From positions 1 through 58,727 of the forward strand of contig CAYUCQ010000001.1 in assembly GCA_964443535.1 (NCBI GenBank): a DNA stretch of 58,727 bases, given 5' to 3'. The position numbers and the translations under genes were made by a program. The DNA is from Candidatus Woesearchaeota archaeon. Lineage in GTDB: Archaea > Nanobdellota > Nanobdellia > Pacearchaeales > GW2011-AR1. Positions 18,253-26,254 of this stretch are shown piece after piece; position 1 is the first letter of the stretch, and each line of letters begins with the position of its first letter. Under the pieces are notes generated by a model. It saw only the letters and a list, made by a program, of their open reading frames with translations. It searched no databases and had not been told where the DNA came from.

Positions 18253-18738
18253 ATGCAGAAAAAGGGACAAGCAGCAATGGAATTCTTGATGACTTATGGC
18301 TGGGCAATCTTAGCCGCAATCATAGCAATCGGAGTTCTTGCGTATTTCGGAGTATTCAGTCCTGGTAGACTTGTAGCAGGAGCTGCAACAGCAAACGCTC
18401 CTTTCGGAATAAGTGCACATAATGTTCTATCAACAGGAACAAATGACGGCACAGTCAACATTGACATGATCCAAAACTCTGGAGACACGCTTCAAAATGT
18501 TGTAGTAACTGTAACAGGCACTGGCGCATTATCAGCAGTAACTTGCACTTCAGCAGCAGTTGCACAATGGTTTACTGGCACAGAGCAAAGTTTAGCTTTA
18601 GATTGCACTGACGGAACAGCAGCAGATCTTATGGGTTCAGGAGACACATTTTCCGGAAACATAGCTATAAGTTATAACAAAGCAGGAAGCACATTAGCTT
18701 TGCAGACAACTGGCAGCGTTAGAGACAGAGCTCAATAA
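18253..18738 (+). CDS. type IV pilin (likely major pilin), class III signal peptide
   Basis: MQKKGQAAMEFLMTYGWAILAAIIAIGVLAYFG, followed by an Ala/Thr/Gly/Ser-rich body. Strong RBS and composition distinct from neighbours. Confidence 0.75.
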   Translation: MQKKGQAAMEFLMTYGWAILAAIIAIGVLAYFGVFSPGRLVAGAATANAPFGISAHNVLSTGTNDGTVNIDMIQNSGDTLQNVVVTVTGTGALSAVTCTSAAVAQWFTGTEQSLALDCTDGTAADLMGSGDTFSGNIAISYNKAGSTLALQTTGSVRDRAQ

Positions 18739-18745
18739 GCTCATA

Positions 18746-18773
18746 TTTTTTTATTTTTTTATTTTATTTTTTA
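18746..18773 (+). terminator. oligo-T tracts downstream of the pilin gene (archaeal-type terminator candidate)
   Basis: TTTTTTTATTTTTTTATTTTATTTTTT lies immediately after the stop codon. Confidence 0.5.
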
Positions 18774-18887
18774 ATTGCTAATTCTAGAAAATCTCTAATT
18801 TCCACTTTCTTTTCTATTTTAGTGCTATAAGCCATATCTTTGCATAAACAATAATATTTATAGAATTATCTTTCTGAAACAATAATA

Positions 18888-19463
18888 TTATTTTCCAGTT
18901 CTATGCCATGCTCTTAAGCTTGGCCTTACTTTCATATCAACTGACTTTGTTCTTAATCCTCTTGATTTCTTTGCAGCAGAAGTCAATCCTCTCTCTGCTC
19001 TATTCTTGTTCGTCCCTCTAGAAACCCATCCTAATACTCTATCGCTCTTGATTTCAGGCTTAGAAGCATCTGCCATTATAACTTCAAAGAAATAATACTT
19101 TCCGTCTTTTCCAATCCAATATGAATTTAATACTTCAAGATTCTGGTATTTTCTGGAAGCCCTTATTTCAGCTATCCATTTGTAATTCATCTTAAGCATT
19201 TTTCTTATTGTCTGCTTTCTTGATTTTCTTCCCTTAACGCCGTATCTGCGTCTTCTTCTTCCGCCTCTCTTTAATCTGACTCTGACAACTACAATTCCTT
19301 TTTTAGCTTTATAGCCCAAAGCTCTGGCTCTATCCAAGCGCAATGGTTTCTCAACTTTGACAATGCTGTTGCCTTTTCTCCACTCAATCAGCTTTTCCTG
19401 CATCAATTCCCTTGATGGATTTTTCCACAATTCCCCAATATAATGGTACATTCCGTGCGCCAT
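18888..19463 (-). CDS. rpl15e: 50S ribosomal protein L15e
   Basis: MAHGMYHYIGELWKNP...RLDRARALGYKAKKGIVVVRVRLKRGGRRR is the L15e signature. ATG at 19463 is preferred over the upstream TTG at 19478. Confidence 0.9.
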   Translation of the reverse strand: MAHGMYHYIGELWKNPSRELMQEKLIEWRKGNSIVKVEKPLRLDRARALGYKAKKGIVVVRVRLKRGGRRRRRYGVKGRKSRKQTIRKMLKMNYKWIAEIRASRKYQNLEVLNSYWIGKDGKYYFFEVIMADASKPEIKSDRVLGWVSRGTNKNRAERGLTSAAKKSRGLRTKSVDMKVRPSLRAWHRTGK

Positions 19464-19550
19464 TAATGAACTTCTCAAAAGCTATTTTTAAATCTTCGCT
19501 TTGTCAAAAATCTCCGCAATTTTTATATATTCTAAATATTAACAAAAATA

Positions 19551-20483
19551 ATGAGAGAAATGATTTTCAGCTACAGGCCTCTTGATTTCCCTGAAACAAC
19601 TTCAGAAAAAAACAGGATAAATAGAATTCAATTCAGCAGAAAAATGCGTCTAGAAGGCATGAATGCTTTTCTGGGAAAAAGAGTAATTGAACCATTTGAA
19701 GATTCTGTAAGACAATCTTACTTAGAAAAAAAACTTAGCCCTTTTAGTAACGAAGGATTTAAAATAGAATCTAGCCCAAAACCTCTTTCAACAAGCTGGA
19801 AAGAGGTTTACGAAGGAATATTGTCATTCCTAGAAATAAGAGCAGAAGACAGCAGGGCATTTAGCCAAGATGAGGTTGAATATATCCAAGGCATTGGTTA
19901 CACGATAAAACTAGACTCTCTTATAGAAAGAATAAATAAACTAAAAGAAGAAGCTGCTTCAAAACCAAGCTTAACAACAAAAATTAGCTGGCCAAAAAAA
20001 GAAAAAGGCGAATTTGCAAGAAAAATATCTCTTCCTGACAGAGATTATTCAAGAATAAATGTCGAAAACTATCATTCTGTTTTGCAAGCAAAAAGATTCT
20101 GTACAGATGCTAAAAAAGAGGTCATAGATCCTTTTAAGCAAGAATTAATAAGATGGTTTGAAATAAACACAGGCCATCAAAGACCAAACAATATTCCAGA
20201 TAACAAAACAAGACATGTTGAAAGAACCATAGAAATAGCTTCAGGAAGTTATATTCAAGTTCAGCTTGTAAGAGAAGAAAATCCAAGATACATAGAAGTA
20301 ATTTCAGATATAATTTCTGAACTTGAGAAAATAAAAGAAGGCAATACCTCAAGCTTAAGGCATTCAGAGATAAAAGGCCATCAATTTGTGAATATTGGCT
20401 CCATTAAAGAATACCTCTCAAGAGAAAATCTGGAAAAAAGAAATCTTATTGCTATAGATTCAAGATATTGCATAGTTCCTTAA
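19551..20483 (+). CDS. hypothetical protein
   Basis: 310-aa ORF with no recognisable motif. Confidence 0.4.
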   Translation: MREMIFSYRPLDFPETTSEKNRINRIQFSRKMRLEGMNAFLGKRVIEPFEDSVRQSYLEKKLSPFSNEGFKIESSPKPLSTSWKEVYEGILSFLEIRAEDSRAFSQDEVEYIQGIGYTIKLDSLIERINKLKEEAASKPSLTTKISWPKKEKGEFARKISLPDRDYSRINVENYHSVLQAKRFCTDAKKEVIDPFKQELIRWFEINTGHQRPNNIPDNKTRHVERTIEIASGSYIQVQLVREENPRYIEVISDIISELEKIKEGNTSSLRHSEIKGHQFVNIGSIKEYLSRENLEKRNLIAIDSRYCIVP

Positions 20484-20532
20484 AAACTAGCTAAAACAAA
20501 TAATTTTTATACCTTCTTCATCTCAATTTTTG

Positions 20533-21969
20533 ATGAAAGAAAAAAATACCTTTTACATAACAACCGCAATTGATTATGTGAATGCAAATCCGCACGTGGG
20601 CCATGCATATCAAAAAATAGCAGCAGACGCTCTGGCTAGATGGAACAAGCTCATAGGAAAAGAAGTATTTTTCCTTACTGGAACTGATGAGCATGGAAAA
20701 AAGATAGCAAAAACCGCAGAAAAAGCAGGCAAATCTCCAAGAGAGTTCGTGGATGAAAACTCAAAAAAGTTCAAAGACGCCTGGGAAAAGTTAGGTATAA
20801 AATATGATAGGTTCATAAGAACAACAGACAAAGACCACAAAGTCGTAGTAGAAAAATTAACAGAAAAAATAAACGAGAAAGGAGATATTTACAAGGGAGA
20901 ATATGAAGGATTATACTGCACAGACTGCGAAGCATATTACACAGAAAAAGAAGCTCCTGATTTAACCTGCTCTATTCATAAAAAACCTCTAGAAAAGCTA
21001 AAAGAAGAATCATATTTCTTCAAGCTATCAAAATATCAAAAATTTCTTTTAGAGCATTATAAGGCTCATCCTGAATTTATCCTGCCAAAAGAGCGCAGGC
21101 AGGAAATAATCAATAGGGTAAAAGAAGGCTTAAAAGATTTAAGCATAACCCGCTCCTCATTAGAATGGGGCATACCTTTTCCATTAGATAAAAAGCATGT
21201 ATTTTATGTATGGTATGAAGCTCTGATAAATTACTACACTGCAACTCAAACTCCAAAAACAAAAAAGTTCTGGCCAGCAGATCTTCACATTCTTGGCAAA
21301 GACAATACATGGTTTCATACAGTAATCTGGCCAGCCATGCTAAAATCAGCAGAAATAGCTCTTCCAATATCAACTTTCAACCACGGATTTTTAACATTCA
21401 ACAATCAAAAAATTTCAAAATCACTTGGAAATGCTATTTCTCCTATATCTTTAGTTGAAAAATACGGAGCAGATGCAACAAGATATTTCTGCCTTAGACA
21501 TTTTCCATTTGGCGAAGACGGTGATTTTGACGAAAAAGCCCTTATAGAGCGCCACAACAGCGAATTAGCAAACAAATTAGGCAACTTAGTAAGCAGAGTC
21601 TCAACACTTGCTGAAAAATACGGAATTGAAAAATCAAGCGCCATATCTTCCGCAGAAACAATAAAAAAAACAGAATCTCACATAAAATCTCTTGAGCTTG
21701 ACAAGGCAATAAATGAAATATTTGCATTTATAGATAAATTAAATGAATTTGTGCAGGAAAAAAAGCCATGGGAAACAAAAGATAAAAAAGTTCTCTATCA
21801 ATTAACAAACGGCATAAAAGACGCTGCAATTCTCCTTTCGCCCTTTACGCCAGAAACATCAGAAAAGATTGCAAAAATATTCAACTTTGAAATATCATTA
21901 AAATCGCTAAATGCAGAATTAAAAGTCAGCAAGATTAAGAAATCAGAAATTTTATTCAAAAAAATATGA
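20533..21969 (+). CDS. metG: methionyl-tRNA synthetase core (lacks C-terminal tRNA-binding domain)
   Basis: HVGHAY (HIGH motif), Zn knuckle CTDCEAY...C, and KISKSLGN (KMSKS motif). 478 aa. Confidence 0.9.
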   Translation: MKEKNTFYITTAIDYVNANPHVGHAYQKIAADALARWNKLIGKEVFFLTGTDEHGKKIAKTAEKAGKSPREFVDENSKKFKDAWEKLGIKYDRFIRTTDKDHKVVVEKLTEKINEKGDIYKGEYEGLYCTDCEAYYTEKEAPDLTCSIHKKPLEKLKEESYFFKLSKYQKFLLEHYKAHPEFILPKERRQEIINRVKEGLKDLSITRSSLEWGIPFPLDKKHVFYVWYEALINYYTATQTPKTKKFWPADLHILGKDNTWFHTVIWPAMLKSAEIALPISTFNHGFLTFNNQKISKSLGNAISPISLVEKYGADATRYFCLRHFPFGEDGDFDEKALIERHNSELANKLGNLVSRVSTLAEKYGIEKSSAISSAETIKKTESHIKSLELDKAINEIFAFIDKLNEFVQEKKPWETKDKKVLYQLTNGIKDAAILLSPFTPETSEKIAKIFNFEISLKSLNAELKVSKIKKSEILFKKI

Positions 21970-22355
21970 CAGATAAAATAAAAATTTTAGGAATGGGAAA
22001 TCAAGGTAATTTTAATTATATAATTGTAAAAAAGGAAGAATTCTTTTTCATTTGGTTAAAAGAATTATTTGCGTCGTTGACAAAAATAGTTACAGATGAT
22101 GTAACAATTAACGAATTTGTAGATAAAAATGAAAAATTTGTTAGAAAAAAGAAAAATATTAAGAAATTTACAGATATACATGAATATTATAATATGGGGG
22201 GAATTAGATTTGATATTTTTTATGGCTCTAAAAAAGTATTTATTGCATTCAATTGCTCAAACAATCAAAGAAGAAAAGTAATGTCTAAATTAGAGGAAAT
22301 ATCTAATTTTACAGAATACAAAGGTAAATGGAAAGTCCCTAAAGCATTAAAATGA
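21966..22355 (+). CDS. hypothetical protein inserted between MetRS core and its detached tRNA-binding domain
   Basis: 129-aa ORF overlapping both neighbours by 4 nt (ATGA junctions). Confidence 0.4.
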   Translation: MTDKIKILGMGNQGNFNYIIVKKEEFFFIWLKELFASLTKIVTDDVTINEFVDKNEKFVRKKKNIKKFTDIHEYYNMGGIRFDIFYGSKKVFIAFNCSNNQRRKVMSKLEEISNFTEYKGKWKVPKALK

Positions 22356-22684
22356 CGCAAAAAATCCCCTATTCAGATTTTGAAAAATTAGACATGAGAG
22401 TTGGCAAAATCTTAGAAGTTGAAGACCATCCAAAAGCAGACAAATTATATGTCTTAAAAGTAGAATTAGGAGAAGAAAACCCAAGGCAAATTGTGGCAGG
22501 ACTAAAGCCCTATTATAAAAAAGAGCAATTATTGGGCAAGAAAGCAATTTTCATAATAAATTTAGAGCCAAGAATGCTAAGAGGCGCTGAAAGCAATGGC
22601 ATGATTCTTGCAGCAGGCAATGAAAGCGAAGTATTCTTTCTCACGCCTGAAAAAGACATTGAAGAAGGCTCTAAGATTAGATAA
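22352..22684 (+). CDS. stand-alone tRNA-binding domain protein (Trbp111/CsaA/MetRS C-terminal EMAP-like OB fold)
   Basis: FEKLDMRVGKILEVEDHPKADKLYVLKVELGEE..RQIVAGL...LEPRMLRGAESNGMILAA is the conserved OB-fold tRNA-binding signature. Confidence 0.8.
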   Translation: MTQKIPYSDFEKLDMRVGKILEVEDHPKADKLYVLKVELGEENPRQIVAGLKPYYKKEQLLGKKAIFIINLEPRMLRGAESNGMILAAGNESEVFFLTPEKDIEEGSKIR

Positions 22685-22694
22685 TATAATCTAC

Positions 22695-23123
22695 TCAATC
22701 AGAACTCTCTTTCTTTTTTCCGCTCATTCTAATCATATCAATATTTGTATAAATTTTGTATTTTTCCTGTTCTTTAAAATGCAAATCATGTGTCCATATC
22801 CCATCTGCCTTAATTGAAAGGCAGGCTGCAAAATAAGCTAAATCATTAATATCGCTTATTTCATTTTTTAATTTATCAATAAAAGAATTATATTCACTTT
22901 TAGGAACAATAGTAATATATTCAAAAATTAAAGAAATTAAAATCTCAAATTCTTTATTATTAATATCTGCTCTCTGTATTATTTCATTTTTATATTTCTC
23001 AATTTCATCCCTTATATATTCTGGAGCAAAGAATTTAAAATTTCTATTGAAAAGAATTTCTCTAGTAGTTCCATCTTTTATCAATGCAGCAATTACTCTG
23101 TTGCTGTCTACGACAATTTTCAT
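22695..23123 (-). CDS. PIN domain toxin-like protein
   Basis: N-terminal KIVVDSNRVIAALI, a later E, and D...THD acidic residues. Overlaps the upstream small gene. Confidence 0.7.
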   Translation of the reverse strand: MKIVVDSNRVIAALIKDGTTREILFNRNFKFFAPEYIRDEIEKYKNEIIQRADINNKEFEILISLIFEYITIVPKSEYNSFIDKLKNEISDINDLAYFAACLSIKADGIWTHDLHFKEQEKYKIYTNIDMIRMSGKKKESSD

Positions 23124-23356
23124 TTAATAAAACCATGCTTCTTTGCAATTTCTCTATTAACTTTTCTTCCAATCTCTAAAGTATCTTCCTCTGTAAGCTT
23201 GCTCTTGGCCAGAATTCCATCCATAAGCTCAAGATTCTTTGCATGCGTCCAAAGCGCCCGCCTAGCTAGCTCGCTCCACTTTATCTCTTGATGCTTTCTC
23301 ATAATTTTATGTAAATCCTCTGGTATAGCTAAAGTCATATTTGTCATTTTTATCAA
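23120..23356 (-). CDS. antitoxin-like small DNA-binding protein
   Basis: 78 aa, MTLAIPEDLHKIMRKHQEIKWSELARRALW (RHH/CopG-like). 4-nt overlap with the PIN gene. Confidence 0.55.
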   Translation of the reverse strand: MIKMTNMTLAIPEDLHKIMRKHQEIKWSELARRALWTHAKNLELMDGILAKSKLTEEDTLEIGRKVNREIAKKHGFIK

Positions 23357-23409
23357 TTAAGTAGAATAAGTATAATTACTTATTTAAATCTTTCGTTCAA
23401 GTAAAAAAA

Positions 23410-24159
23410 TCACCCAAATAATCTTTCCCAAAATCCGCTTTGATAATCTTCTTTTCCAATCAAGCGTGCAGCAAGCTTCTTATACGCCCTTGAAGCCTTG
23501 CTCTTTGGATGAGTATAAACTAAAGCATTCTTCATTACAACTGACTTGATAACATTCTTATCTTCTGGTATAACTGCTATAATTGGCAGTTCAAGCATGT
23601 CTTCAACATTAGATATTGGCATTTGCGACTTATTCCCGCTTGCCCTTGTAACAACAACGCCAATAACATCTTTGCCCAATTGCTCAACAAGCTTGCTCGT
23701 CTTTAATGCGTCTGTAACAGCTGGAATCTCTGGATTAGTGACTATGATAACCTCATCTCCTGCTTCTAAAGCAGCCACAGCTTCATCACCAAGCCCTGCA
23801 GCAGAGTCTAAAATAACAAAATCTGCAGCAAGCTTCCTCAATTTCTTACTCACATCCTTTAATTTATCATGATTCAACTGTCTTAATTCCTTTATAGAAA
23901 GCGAACTTGGAATGATCTTTAATCCTGATTCATGCTCATAAAGCGCATCAGATACCTTTGCCTTGCCTGACAAAACATGATTAAGACTCACAGGTACAAT
24001 AGGAGCGCCTAAATGAAGGCCTATATTAGGAGTAGTTAAATTAGCATCAACAACTATTACGTCTTTTCCTAAGTGATTAAGAGCTGCGCCTATGTTAATA
24101 GCACTTGTTGTTTTCCCAACACCACCTTTGCCAGAGGTTATTGTAATTACCCGTGTCAT
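23410..24159 (-). CDS. minD: MinD/ParA-family P-loop ATPase
   Basis: Deviant Walker A ITSGKGGVGKTT, plus VVDAN and ILDSAAG motifs. Confidence 0.85.
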   Translation of the reverse strand: MTRVITITSGKGGVGKTTSAINIGAALNHLGKDVIVVDANLTTPNIGLHLGAPIVPVSLNHVLSGKAKVSDALYEHESGLKIIPSSLSIKELRQLNHDKLKDVSKKLRKLAADFVILDSAAGLGDEAVAALEAGDEVIIVTNPEIPAVTDALKTSKLVEQLGKDVIGVVVTRASGNKSQMPISNVEDMLELPIIAVIPEDKNVIKSVVMKNALVYTHPKSKASRAYKKLAARLIGKEDYQSGFWERLFG

Positions 24160-24204
24160 TTATAAATCAAAATTTAAAGTTATTTAAATCCTCGGTAACA
24201 GAAA

Positions 24205-24630
24205 TTATTTAAGAGTGCTTATAAATCTTTCTAACAAATCAGCATATTCCTTTAATTTATCTAAGTTTATGTTGATTGTCTCACCTTTGTAAAAAACCTT
24301 TAAATTTACCCCCTTTCTAAATTCACTTTCTCTTATCTTATCAAGATTCTCAATATCGCGAAAAAGTTCGTATATATCCAAAATCTGTTTTATTAGTGCG
24401 TCAGCACCATATATCCTTCTCAACTGAACTATCTTAGCTCTTGGTGCATCTGGAATAGGCTTCCATTTCTTTTGTTTCTTTGCTTTTTCAATAAGAAGGT
24501 CAAGAGCATATTCTATCATCTTGCTCCATCTCAATAACAAATTAAGAATAACATCGCATGTTTTTGTGTATTTTAAGCTTACATAAAGGAGATGGTCTGC
24601 ACTAATTTTCTCCTTTATTATTTTCTCCAT
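24205..24630 (-). CDS. hypothetical protein
   Basis: 141-aa ORF with no motif recognised. Confidence 0.4.
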   Translation of the reverse strand: MEKIIKEKISADHLLYVSLKYTKTCDVILNLLLRWSKMIEYALDLLIEKAKKQKKWKPIPDAPRAKIVQLRRIYGADALIKQILDIYELFRDIENLDKIRESEFRKGVNLKVFYKGETININLDKLKEYADLLERFISTLK

Positions 24631-24713
24631 CTAAAAATTAACTCCAAACTAAGCGAAAATTAAAAAAGTCTTTCTGCTTTAAATACCTTTCTAATTAAAG
24701 AATAACAACACAA

Positions 24714-25049
24714 TTAGCTTAGTTTGATAATCGCCTCTGCTATATTACCGCCAGCATCTTCTAAAGCTTCTCTAACCTCTTCTTCGCCTTTTCCTGTCTT
24801 TTCCATTACAAGTTCTATATCTTCCTGCTTTATTCCTTCGTTATTTTCCTCTCTAGCTTCTCCTGTAATTTGCCAGCTTTCCTGCCCCTGCATTTTAATC
24901 TTCTGCACTCCAGGGTTTTCAATAACAATCCTCCCATCAGATTTCTCAATAATTACCCTTTCTGCATCTATTTCTTCCTGATTAATGCCGAGCTGCTTCA
25001 TCATAGCCTGCATTTTCTTAGGATCTAATTTGCCAAGTCCAGGTATCAT
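24714..25049 (-). CDS. nac: nascent polypeptide-associated complex protein (archaeal NAC alpha)
   Basis: MIPGLGKLDPKKMQAMMKQLGI...VIIE...IENP, with a C-terminal UBA-like EEEVREALEDAGGNIAEAIIKL. Confidence 0.85.
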   Translation of the reverse strand: MIPGLGKLDPKKMQAMMKQLGINQEEIDAERVIIEKSDGRIVIENPGVQKIKMQGQESWQITGEAREENNEGIKQEDIELVMEKTGKGEEEVREALEDAGGNIAEAIIKLS

Positions 25050-25083
25050 AACTCAAGAAAAAACTCGCCTTATTTATAGTTTT

Positions 25084-25248
25084 CTACGCAGTAGGCCAGA
25101 AAACCTTCAAAGCCAATACAAAAAGAATAACAATTATAACAAACCCTATTACTTGCGTAGGCTTGAGCATGAATTTGCTCTGATATTCATCATCATATCT
25201 CATAAGCCCGCCAAATCCGCCAGGCATGTTTATCTTGTTATCTGCCAT
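25084..25248 (-). CDS. secG: preprotein translocase subunit Sec61-beta (SecG, archaeal), 54 aa, absent from the ORF track
   Basis: The minus-strand translation is MADNKINMPGGFGGLMRYDDEYQSKFMLKPTQVIGFVIIVILFVLALKVFWPTA*. The G-G-L-M-R-Y/F motif plus a single C-terminal TM is the Sec61-beta signature. Confidence 0.7.
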   Translation of the reverse strand: MADNKINMPGGFGGLMRYDDEYQSKFMLKPTQVIGFVIIVILFVLALKVFWPTA

Positions 25249-25278
25249 ATATTACTAAAAAAACATTTATATAAAAAC

Positions 25279-25560
25279 TTATCTGCTCGAAACTTCTCTA
25301 AATAATGCTCTCTCTTTAGCCCTTAATTCCACAACATATTTAGATTTTCCAAAAATATCATCGCCAGTCACCTTAACAAATGGAAAACTTGTCCTTCCCT
25401 CAATAGGCAAAATATTCCATGGCTCAAGAATTAAATCCTCGCCTGCCCAAGAAAACTCATATCCTCTTGTGCCTTTGCTTTCTCTAGAAATTTCCAATGC
25501 GCCTAATAAAACTCTTTGCTGATAAGACAAACCTCTATAACTCATAAGAAAATTAAGCAA
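25279..25560 (-). CDS. hypothetical protein
   Basis: 93-aa ORF; the likely start is the internal MSYRGL. Confidence 0.35.
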   Translation of the reverse strand: MLNFLMSYRGLSYQQRVLLGALEISRESKGTRGYEFSWAGEDLILEPWNILPIEGRTSFPFVKVTGDDIFGKSKYVVELRAKERALFREVSSR

Positions 25561-25589
25561 TAGAACATTATAAATTTTGTTGTAATCAA

Positions 25590-26204
25590 CTAATCATCCA
25601 ATTTCTCCAATATCTTCTTTTTATCTCTCCCTGAAATGTCCTTTCCCCATAAAACAAAAATCCTATTTATCCTGCTCCAATATTCTTCAGGAGCTATTTT
25701 CATCAAAGCTAACTCTGTCTCATAAGGTTTCTTGGTATCAACAAGTTTCAGTACATTTGAAATCCTATGCACATGCGTATCAACACAAATCCCACTTTTC
25801 TTATAAAGTTCTGAAATAACAAGATTAGCAGTTTTTCTGCCAACTCCAGGCAATTTAACTAATTCTTCAATGCTATCAGGAATTTTTCCTTTAAAATCAG
25901 AAACAAGTATGCCTGCACTGGCAATAACATTTTTTGCCTTTGTTTTATTATAATTCAAGCCCTTGAATATTCTCAAGACATCATTATATTCCGCATTAGC
26001 TAATTTCTCTAATTTATCGTGCTTTCTAAACAAATTCTCTGCAACCCTTATAGTCGTCTCATCACGCGATTGCGCAGACATTATAGTAGCAATTAATAAC
26101 TTCCAGCCTGCATCCCATCCTTCTCCTGCAAGCCTTTTTTCAGATTTTCCATACTTTTTCTCTGCACTTGCAAAAATCTTCAAAAAATACTGCTTCTTAT
26201 TCAT
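25590..26204 (-). CDS. nth: endonuclease III-like HhH-GPD DNA glycosylase, apparently lacking the C-terminal 4Fe-4S Cys cluster
   Basis: LIATIMSAQSRDE, HhH LPGVGRKTANLVISE and catalytic Asp context VDTHVHRI. The C-terminal 40 aa contain no Cys. Confidence 0.8.
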   Translation of the reverse strand: MNKKQYFLKIFASAEKKYGKSEKRLAGEGWDAGWKLLIATIMSAQSRDETTIRVAENLFRKHDKLEKLANAEYNDVLRIFKGLNYNKTKAKNVIASAGILVSDFKGKIPDSIEELVKLPGVGRKTANLVISELYKKSGICVDTHVHRISNVLKLVDTKKPYETELALMKIAPEEYWSRINRIFVLWGKDISGRDKKKILEKLDD

Positions 26205-26254
26205 AAAAAATAAAAAACCTCAATCTTTATAACCATTTCCAAATTATATATAAA

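Noticed and set aside
24985-25305. 106-aa plus-strand ORF
   Set aside because: It has no motifs, and a recognisable Sec61-beta gene lies on the opposite strand. It is also partly antisense to NAC.
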